Assembly: GCF_009914755.1 (NCBI RefSeq)
Contig: NC_060946.1
DNA length: 64,000 nucleotides
Origin: the human T2T-CHM13v2.0 reference genome, Homo sapiens
Direction: 5' to 3' (one strand)
Under the pieces are notes generated by a model that worked only from the letters and a program-made list of their open reading frames with translations, ran no database searches and had not been told where the DNA came from. Of the stretch, positions 53,720 to 64,000 are shown in pieces. Numbering within the stretch: position 1 is the first letter of the stretch; each line of letters starts with the position of its first letter. The translations under genes were made by a program, and so were the position numbers.

Positions 53720-54215
53720 TGTCGTAGACTGCATTAATGGTTCAATTTTTCACCCCTTCTGGTATCCACACCTTTTGCCAATTAAATGGGGTGCCGTACT
53801 TCCCACTATGCTAGAGCATAATTCCTTATCTCTGTGGGATTTTCTTTGGACAGTGGAGTGCTAGTAAATGTAACACAGAGTCTTGAAAGGCTCTTGTGTA
53901 ATTGAGCTTGCTCCTTCTTGTGCCATGAGAAGAACATGCCCGTTCATCCCAGAGACGATGGAAGAGAGGCAACGGGGTCAGAGCTGCCTCAGCTTAGCTA
54001 GCCCAGATAAGCTCAGATGAAAGCAGGGCACCCATTCCTCCCACCCATGCTGACCCAAAAAAGCATGAGTGAGTCCAGCCGAGGTCAGTAGGGAGCTCAC
54101 CTTAGCCCAGCCAGTCCACGACCAATGCACAAGAGGCATGATCTGTAGTAAATGACTTGTTTTAAGCCACTTAATATGGGGGTTATTTGTGACTCAGCAA
54201 TAGCTAGCTGATACA
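53720..54215 (+). mobile_element. MLT1H/I-like solo LTR
   Basis: tgtcgtagactgc...gccatgagaagaacatgcc...cagcaatagctagctgataca; perfect TSD GCATC. Confidence 0.85.
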
Positions 54216-54219
54216 GCAT

Positions 54220-54830
54220 CCTTGATTCCTCTCTCCCTCACTTCCAACGTCCAATCCATCAGCAAGCTCCAAATAAATCTACCCACTTCTTTCCAATTGC
54301 CTGGCCACACCCTTAGTCCATTCCAGCATCATTTCTCATGTAAACCACTGATTCTCTCTCACCTACACTCTTGCCTGCCTCCAATCCACTCTCTACACAG
54401 AAATTGGGATTCTTTCTTCAAAGCAAAATTGAATTAGGTCTCCCTAGACCTAGAGTAGAGACAAATCTTCATAAAATCTCAGCTCCTAATGATGCCCACC
54501 AGGCCCCTACAGGATCCATCCCCTGATGACCTCTTCCAGCTCTGTTCATCCCACTCTCCTTGAAGTCTGACCAACCTTCTTTTAGTTCTTGAAACATTCC
54601 AAACTCTTTCCCACATTGAGGTCTTTCACATTCGGTTCCCTCTGCCCGAAATGCTTTCCTCCCTGTTTTTAGCATAGCTAACTCTTTCTCTCCCTTGAGC
54701 CTCATCATAAACATACTTCCCTGGCTGTATTCCTAAAGGATGGTTCCCTCTGTTTTCTCCATCTCAAACTAGCTATCTCTTTCTTTGAATCATTGAAATT
54801 GGCTACTATTTTATTCCTTTGTCTGCTTTC
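54220..54830 (+). mobile_element. L2 fragment
   Basis: ccttgattcctctctccctcac...tccaatccatcagcaag...ttcttgaaacattccaa...gttccctctgcccgaaatgct. Confidence 0.75.
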
Positions 54831-54831
54831 T

Positions 54832-54965
54832 TTATTCATTCACGCAAAAGTTATTTATGAAGCTCCTATTATGTGCCAGGCATTGTTCTAGGTGCTGGGG
54901 AGGCCACAGTGAACAAGACAGACCAACTCCTTCCCCTCATGGAGACACTGAACAAGTAATAAATA
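54832..54965 (-). mobile_element. L2 3' end
   Basis: tatgtgccaggcattgttctaggtgctgggg...cagtgaacaagacagac. Confidence 0.85.
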
Positions 54966-55652
54966 AATTGTGGCTCACACACCTTGCTCTCTGTGGGGAG
55001 TCTGGTCATGTAATCGAGGCAACAGAGTAAACAGGGGAGACTCCATTGGCCTTGACTGCTCTGCTTAGAATTGGTTGCAAGTGAAATAGTGAGAGAAATA
55101 AAAAGTATACACAGACCCAGAAGCTCTAGGTCAATCTCTTCTACCCAGCGCTCAGTTTCATCCCTTTGTGATCTCATCCTTATTCTGTTGAACAGCCCCT
55201 CTTGGTTCCTCCCTCAATCTTGAGTTGTCCTGTCTTCAATGTTGTTTACTTCATTTGCACAGGACGTCTCTCATTATTATTTGTATGGGTCCCAGTACCT
55301 AACCAACTTAGTGTGGGAGATCAGACCCCCATCCCCATTGTACCCTCTGCTTCATTCAATCAAAGCCCAGCTGTGTTCTTGACTCACCTTACTCTTCTGC
55401 TCATCAGAAAATAGACCTCTGCTGGGCTGAAATCTGCTTATTTTTTGTCTGTTTCTCCATGGGGCAATAATGATTTATAGCAGTTCCCATGAATCTGCAG
55501 ACTTCCCACTTTATATTTCTTCTAGCTCTAGCGAAACTTGATAACGTTTCCTTCTCTAATGCAATAAATTTACCTTCTGGTAAATACTACTCCACTCAAG
55601 AGAGATAATGTAATTTTAAGTAGTGATAAATGAGATGAAGAAAATAGAGCAG

Positions 55653-57985
55653 TCCTATGTTTAATAGAAGTGGCAAAAGTGGGCATCCTTGTCTTGCTCC
55701 AGATCTTAGAGTAAAAGCTTTCAACTTATCTCTGTTCAGTACATCAGCCTTGGATTTGCCATATATGGTTTTTACTGTGTTGAAGCACATTTTTTCTATT
55801 CCTAATTTGCTGAGAGTTTCTATCATGAAGGGATGTTGAATTTTGTCAGATGCTTTTACTGCAGCTATTGAAATGTGAGATAAATTATATTGAAATGATC
55901 ATGTATGGTTTTTGTCTATTTGTTCTCTTCATCATGGTACTAGAAGTCCTAGCCAGAGAAACAGACAAGAGAAAAAAAAAAGCATTCAAATTGAAAAGGA
56001 AGAAGCTAAATTGCCTCTGTTTGTAGGCAACATAATCTTGTATATAGAAAACCCTACAGACTCCACTAAAAAATTGTTGGAACTCATAAACAAATTCAGT
56101 AAAGTTGCAGGACACAGTGTCAACATACAAAAATCAATAACATTTCTATACACTAACAGAACACTATCTGAAAAAAATCAAGACAACAATCCCATTTATA
56201 ATAGCTACCAAAAAAAACTTATAAATAAATTTAACCAAGGAAGTGAAAGATCTCTACACTGAAAACTATAAAACATTGAAGAAAAAATTAAAGAAGACAC
56301 AAATAGATGAAAAGGTATGCCATGTTCATGGATTGGAAGAATTAGTATTATTAAAATGTCCACACTACCCAAAGCAATTTATAGATGCAATGTAATTCCT
56401 ATCAAATTATCAATGACATTCTTCCCAGAAATATTTTTTAAAAATCTAAAATTAATATAAAACCAAAAAAAGACCCTGACTAGCCAAAGCAATCTTGAGC
56501 AAGGAGACCAAAGCTGTAGGCATCACACTACCTGATTTGAAAATATATTAGAAAGCTGCAATAAGCAAAACAGCATGGCACTGGAATACAAAAAGACATA
56601 CAGACCAGTGGAATAGAATAGAGTGTCCAGAAATAAATCCATGCATATATGGTCAACTTATTTTCTGTAAAGATGCCAAGAACACATGATGAAGAAAGGA
56701 CAGTCTCTTCAATAAATACTGCGGGAAAAACTGGATATCTACACGTGGAAGAATGAAATCAGACCCTTATCTATCACCATATACAAAAATTCACTCAAAT
56801 GAATGGCTATTATCAAAAAGACAAAAAATAATAAATGCTGGTAAGGATGTGAAAAAATGGGAACCTTTAAACACTCTCACTGGAAATGTAAATTAGTTCA
56901 ACCATTATGGAAAAGAGTATAGAGGTTTCTCAGAAAATTAAAAATAGAACTACCATATGATCCAGAATTCTCATTCCTAGGTATATATCCAAAGGAAATG
57001 AAATCAGTATGTCAAAGAGATATCTGCACTCCTATATTTATTGTAGCAGTATTCACAACAGCCAAGATATGGAGTCAACCTATCGTCCATCAACAGATGT
57101 ACAGATAACAAAAATGTGGTATATATACACAATGGAATACTCTTTAGCCATAAAAAGGAATGAAATCCTGTCATTTGTGGCAAATAAACCTGGAGGACAT
57201 TATGTTATGCAAAAGAAGCCAGGCACGGACAGACAAACAGCGTATGCTCTCACTAATATGTAGGAGCTAAAAAAGTCAAAACTCATAGAAATAGAGAGTA
57301 GAATGGTGGTTGCCAGATGCTGGTGGGGAGGAGTAAAAGGGGAAAGGGGAGAAGTTGGTCAACAGGTGCAAAGTTACAGTTAAGAGAAATAAGTTCTGGT
57401 GTTCTATTGCACAGTAGAGGGACTACAGTTAATAATATTGCATTGCATTGCATATTTTACTTTTTTATTATTTATTTATTTATTTATTTATTTTCTTTGA
57501 GGCGGAGTCTCGCTCTGCCACCCAGGCTAGAGTGCAGTGGTGCAATCTCGGCTCTCAGCTCACGGCAACCTCCAGCTCCCAGTTTCAAGCGATTCTCTTG
57601 CCTCAGCCTCTTAAGTAGCTGGGATTACAGGCATGCATCATCACGCCTGGATAATTTTTGTATTTTTAGTAGAGACGAGGTTTCACCATGTTTGCCAGGC
57701 TGGTCTCGAACTCCTGGCCTCAAGTGATCTGCCTGCCTAGGCCTCCCAAAGTGCTGGGATTACAGGAGTGAGCCATCACGCCTGGCCTGCATTGCATATT
57801 TTAAAATAGCTAGAAAAGAGGATTTTGAATGTTCTCATTGCAAAGAAAGATAAATGTTTGAGAGGGCAAATATGCTAATTAATCCAATTTGATCATTACA
57901 AAATGTATACATCTATCAGAACATTTCTGTACCGCATAAATATGTACAATTATTATTTGTCAATTAAAAACAAAATAAAATTTAA
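55653..57985 (+). mobile_element. L1MA (MA4-6-like) with an inverted 5' segment (55653-55932), an internal deletion near 56800 and an Alu insertion
   Basis: Minus-strand peptide ...GARQGCPLLPLLLNIGL joins plus-strand (M)VLEVLAR...LFVGNIILYIENP; TSD aaaatagagcag / aaaataggggag. Confidence 0.92.
57460..57787 (-). mobile_element. AluS (Sz-like)
   Basis: Perfect 16-bp TSD tgcattgcatatttta at 57444-57459 and 57788-57803. Confidence 0.97.
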
Positions 57986-58209
57986 AAAATAGGGGAGAAA
58001 ATATGGCTTAGGTAGCTGCCCCAGTCTGTGTTCAATCAACATTTGTTGAATTAGTAAATTAACAAGTGAAAGAAACAATTAAGGGTCTTGCAGCTTTTCT
58101 TCTTCTCCCCAATCAAGCTTCTTCTCATCTCTCGATTTTCTGTCTTCTCCTGAGAGTTAGACTGAATTAACTAGGTGTTTCTTCCTCCAGATGTGATCCA
58201 GGTTAAGAT

Positions 58210-58991
<782 letters not shown>

Positions 58992-59339
58992 CTCAAACCT
59001 TTTATGATAACCAAACCCTGGCAAGGCACCATTCATTGACCCTGCGGCTTCCCCTCTCTGAAATGTTCCTTTTCTTCTTCCTCACCTATCAAACTCCTAC
59101 TCGTCCTGTAGAGTCCAGCTCAAATGAACCCAGCATCACTCAGCTATTCAGAGCCATTTGTGCCGAGGGCTGTGGAAGGAGTGCTAAGCCCCTGCATTCT
59201 GAAGACTTCACCATGAGATTCTGTAGGTAAAGCATTAGCACATTGCCTGACTCAGTAAGTGACTGAATGGATAGTGTGTTCTCAATAAATGAGCAATGTC
59301 ATCATTGCTATTGTTCTTTTCTCAAGGTTTTCCTGGGAA

Positions 59340-59600
59340 GAGGCTATACGATACAGTAGGAGCACCAGCTTGAGAACCAGTAGACTGGTGCTTGAATCCT
59401 GTTTCAGTCACTTTTTCACTATGTGACCACGATCTGTGCTTAACCTGTCTAGGACTCTGTTTCCTCATCTGTTAAATGGGAATAATAGCAGTGCTACCTT
59501 ACAGAGATATTTATTAAATTATATGATCCATGTAAAGCATTTAATACAATGCCTCCAAAGAGAGTTTCAATGAATGGTAGTTTTTCTGATTTAGCTATCA
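59340..59600 (+). mobile_element. MIR SINE
   Basis: ttgaatcctg...ctatgtgacc...tttcctcatctgttaaatgggaataatagcag...catgtaaagcattta. Confidence 0.82.
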
Positions 59601-59629
59601 TCATTCTCATAATCAGGGAAATATAACCA

Positions 59630-60095
59630 TGTGTATTGATCAGGTGTGCATTTAGCTGTAGAATAACAGAACCCCATAACAATGACACTGAAAGATGGGA
59701 GTTCATTTGGCTTCCAAAGCAATGAGCCCAAAGGCAGATGGGGCTACAGTGGAGACTCAGGAGCTCAAGGACCTGAGTTCCTTCTCTCTTTTCTCTTTAC
59801 CATCACTAGTGTGTTGGCTTTTCTCCTTGCATATGTCACTCCTAGCCCCCAGATGATGGCTGTGCCTCTAATATGAGCATATTCCAAACCGGAAGTAGGA
59901 AAAATGATAAAAGGAGGCTTGCCAGTCAAGTCTCTTCCTAGTTACCAGGGAAAGTAATGCTTCCCTGGGTGCCCCATCCCATAAACCTCCTCTGAGCTCT
60001 GAGTGGTCACAACTGTGCCATATGTCTGCCCCTAAGTATCAGGTACCTGGAAGAGGACGTTGTGAATGGGAGTGGGATCAGCCACCAACAGTGAC
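59630..60095 (-). mobile_element. MLT1K/L-like LTR
   Basis: gcatttagctgtagaataacagaaccc...caaggacctgagttcct...agatgatggctg. Confidence 0.6.
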
Positions 60096-60517
60096 TGTTA
60101 CGGGTTAAATTATGTCCCCCACAAAGCTATGTTCCAGTTCTAACCCCTGATGCATGTGAATGTGACTTTATTTGGAAATAGGGTCTTTATAGATGTAATT
60201 AGTTCCCGGAGTAGAGTAGGCCCTTAAGGCACTATGACTAGTGTTCATATAAGAAAAGAGGGGCACAGGGAGAAGACAGCCATATGATAATGAAGGTGAA
60301 GATTGGAGTGATGCTGCCACAAGCCAAGGAATGCCAAGAGTCATCAGAAGCTGAAGAAAGCAAAGAGGGGTCCCCCCCGGAGATTTTGGGGAGAGCATGG
60401 CCCTGCCAACATCTTGATTTTGGACTTCTAGCCTCCAGAACTGTGAGAGAATAAACTATTGTTGTAAGCCATCCAATTTGCAATATTGGGGTACAGCAGC
60501 CCTCGGGAATAAATACA
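60096..60517 (+). mobile_element. MLT1C solo LTR
   Basis: tgttacgggttaaattatgtcccc...ttatttggaaatagggtcttt...ccacaagccaaggaatgcc...taaataca; perfect TSD GTGAC. Confidence 0.92.
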
Positions 60518-61134
60518 GTGACACTGTCGCAACCAGGTGAATAAATGGATGCGTCATCCTGTGACCAGTGCTAAAATTGAGGGTTGTATTAAGCAGACTC
60601 ATTCATTCATTCATGCAACCACAGTCTGACCCGGGTGATTTGCTTCAAGCTAATGTTACAGCCCCAAGTGCAGCCCCTTATCTTCCCAACAACCCCTGTT
60701 CTTGGGTCTCTAGAGCTCCTTGCTCAAGAACAGGTTTACTTGTCCACACATCAAGTGCTTGCCTGCGCACAGCTGAAGCCAACAGTGCATGAGCGGACTT
60801 AGCCCCAGCTGGCCTCTATGCCTACACCTGGCTGTGCCGCTGGGAAGGTGTCTGGCGACAAGTAAATGTAACCTACAGCCTAAAGGACCCAAGACCCCAG
60901 AGCTGCAGGAAGCCTCCATGAGGAGCTACTGATGCAATTAACTTGGGAAACACTTGCTAAGAGTTGGAGTAGGAAGAAGCAACCCATGGGGCAAATTGGG
61001 ACAAAAGACACATTTTTATGCAATCAGGTAGACTTGAACTGTGAGTTATTACTGCTTATCAGAATGTCTCTCCTGCTCTGCAAACCATCTTTAAAGATAA
61101 ACAGTGCTTCTCCCCAGGGTGGATTCTTTCTCTT

Positions 61135-61355
61135 ATATTTATTAAACTCTATTGAGCAAGCATAATGCATCATGCTTCATGCATCAGTATACTTCAGCCT
61201 CATCACAACAGGAAAATGGGGGAAAGTGCTATTTTAATCCTTATTTTATAGACAGAAAAACTGAGGAAATTGACCAAGGCTGCATAGCCAGCAAACAGCA
61301 AAACCTCGACTCAAACCCAGATCCATTGTTTCTGATTTGTGTGCCCTTGACCACT
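61135..61355 (-). mobile_element. MIR SINE
   Basis: ccttattttatagacagaaaaactgagg...ccaaggctgcatagcc...actcaaacccagatc. Confidence 0.75.
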
Positions 61356-62949
61356 TAAAGCAATTCTGCCAGCCCAGAAATTGTGCTTAATTAGCTCAGA
61401 AGACAGTTTCTTTACTGAACACTTGCTGAATTCAAATGAAGTTATTATACCATATTTCACAGGAAAAAAATACATATTAGTCTTCTTACACTTAAGTTTG
61501 TTTCCCATAATTTTTCTTTAAAATATCATACATCTGCTTGTCTATGTGGGCAAAAGACAAGCAAATGAACAAATAGAAACATGCTTTTTATAGAAAATTG
61601 AGATGTTTTTAAAATTCTTTATGTATGTTTTTTAGGCTTGAAGACCAACTTTCACGTAATATAGTCAGATCTGAATCTGACCACATCATCGGCAATATTG
61701 TTTCTAGTTTGCTTTGTAGAAGAAAATGCATCCATATGTCACAGTATTCCATATAGGAGTAAATGTTTCAGAGTACTCTAACCCTTGAATAAATTAAATA
61801 GTTCAGAGAATTCTGGATTTAAATCACAGCTCACCCATGTCAAATGAAAAACCAACCTTGACTTAGGATAGGAGAGACTATTACAGTGGGGAGAACACTG
61901 TGACTTTGGGGTCTTTGAAGCATCTCAAAATCAAACCAAATAGGGCTTTCTTTTCTAGGGAGGGGGAAGCAGAACTGGCAGGGACTTTGGGGGAGGCTGG
62001 CAGGTGGTGAGGGGAGCATATAACATGAAGGGGGAATTTAACTGGATTTCTCTTTCTGGTCAGCCTCCTAGAACAAGCTGTTCTACACCTGGATGCTTGC
62101 TTAAACTTAAGGATGAGCAAAGTTTAGGAGCCTGTAGGAAGGAGAAGCCTGACTAAAGTTTGGCTGAGCCAAGTTCATCGGTACTAGCATCATTTGCCCA
62201 CCCGCTTCTGAGTTGCACGACCTTGGGTTACTTACTTTTCCACTCCGAGATTCAATTTTCCTTTTTTTCCAAAATGTGGACAATAACTGGTCCCTGCCTC
62301 ACAGCATGGTAAGGAATAGATGAAACCCTTTGCAAAGAACCATCGACCTCTATTTCCTCAGGCCTAGAAGAGCACCCAAGGACATAGCAAGTCCCTGTCT
62401 ACTGTAGCTGCCATCCTTGTATACCTGCATAAAATGGGGCTGGGTGAGGCTGCTTGTGCTTATGTTTGGAAAGTTCTCTGAGTCTGCAGCATGAAAGCAA
62501 GGCTGTCCCCACTCTCTCTGAGCTTGAGACCCCCGCTCACTCCCCTGCAATGACAACCTCTCAAATGCAAGCTTGGTAAATTTGTTCTCAGCCACAAAGG
62601 AAATGGATTACAAAGCTTAATTAAAGAGGACATTTTCCATTCTGTTATTTTTTTAATGCATCTGGTTAGGGAAAATAAATACTTTTTATCAGCCAGGAAA
62701 TTCTTCAGATGCACTTTAGCCTGGGATGCCAGAACCAAGCAAAATGTTCAGAATCTTCAGTTCTTAGGAATGACATCTAGAAGGTAGGAACTGAGGAAAA
62801 GGAACTAGGCAGCTTGAAGAATGGGGAGTGTAGTTATTCTATCTCTGCTCCTTGTCCAGCAGAGGGTGTAACAGATGATGGCAAAGAGTCATTTATTCAA
62901 CTGACCTGTGAGCACCCATTAACTCATGCACTTTTCCTACACCATCTTG

Positions 62950-63455
62950 TAGAATCTAACTCCAAGACCCCATCCCGAGCTCCGGGACCCCCATGACCCA
63001 GCCCTGCTCTTCTGACCTCATTTTCTCCCCCTCCCCTGTCATTCTTCTCCAGTCACATTGGCCTCCTGGTTCCTCCACTAGAGAAGGAGGCCCCTCCCTC
63101 AGGTCACTGCACTAGCTCTTCCCTCTTTCCTCGGCCTGAAATCAGCTCCCTTTCTTACACAACTTGAGTCCCTGCTGAAATACCAGAAAGAACTCCCCAT
63201 CCCCAACCCCTGCTGTGTAAACAGCCCTCCCACTGCCCCTGTACCATGCCCCCCCGCCCCCCGCCACCATGATTCCTTTATACTCATGGGACTTAATACC
63301 ACTTAAAATGATATTTTTACATTTGTTTTCCATGTTCATGTTAAGCCCCCCTACAATGTAAACTCCATGATATCAGGGACTTGGTTTTATGGCTACCAAA
63401 TTTCCATTCTCTAGAACCGCTCCTGGCATAAACATAATAGGTGATTGATAAATAT
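62950..63455 (+). mobile_element. L2 3' portion
   Basis: tccagtcacattggcctcctggttcctc...tacaatgtaaactccatgatatcagggac...cctggcata...taaatattt. Confidence 0.75.
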
Positions 63456-63459
63456 TTCC

Positions 63460-63630
63460 CTATTATCTCACTTCATCCAGCCTGGAAGGTAGGTATTGTG
63501 GTCCCCATTTGACAGATGGGGAAATAGACCTTCAGAAAAACTAAGTCACTGGTCCAGGGTTGTACAGCTAGGAAAAGGGAGCCCTGGCTTTGAATCCGCA
63601 TCCCAAGCTTCCTGTACCACCCACTGCCTC
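63460..63630 (-). mobile_element. MIR SINE
   Basis: ggtaggtattgtggtccccatttgacagatggggaaat...taagtcactggtccagggttgtacagcta. Confidence 0.8.
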
Positions 63631-64000
63631 CTGAGAAATAATGCCTTTAAAAGTGACTCTCAGGGTTACCCACAGGCTCCAGAGGACCAAGAACTCCGTC
63701 TCAATCCTAAAATGCAGATAGGCTATGAACTCCAGCTCATCAGGGTACTGGCAACTTACATAAACCCCAGGCACTCCTCCAAGATCAGATATCAGATTCG
63801 CTAAGTTCAAGTGTATTGGAATCATCTGTCACCCCTTCAAAATTATTTACTCTAAGCAGTTGATAATGAGAACATTTATAAAGAAGATGCCCACCTGAAT
63901 AGTATCTTAAAGTAACAGACAGTCGGTGTAATGGTTCACTAATTGGTCTTTGCTAAACATCAACTCAAATGGCCAAAATACTCCTTAATGGACCAACTAT

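Overview
Primate (human-like) non-coding genomic DNA, either intergenic or deep intronic. I find no credible protein-coding exon, RNA gene, CpG island or CRISPR-type structure, and I cannot identify the locus. The supplied ORFs are repeat-derived or chance. Much of the window is interspersed repeat: 9 AluS copies, several L1 pieces, many MIR and L2 relics, a dense set of MaLR LTRs including one complete THE1 element (LTR-internal-LTR), MER21A, MER4A1, a probable MamGyp-type LTR, a full-length decayed Tigger1, MER3 and MER45A. Family and subfamily names come from my recall of consensus sequences and need a RepeatMasker/Dfam run; boundaries of old MIR/L2/MLT1 copies are approximate. I do not see a new biological system. 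The most interesting signals are fossil rearrangements readable directly in the sequence: (1) three non-tandem local duplications of about 90-130 bp plus one complex duplication/inversion knot; (2) two independent L1 3' transductions with intact TSD and polyadenylation logic within 6 kb; (3) an Alu sitting at a ~1 kb deletion in L1; (4) a twin-priming 5'-inverted L1; (5) candidate regulatory motif clusters.
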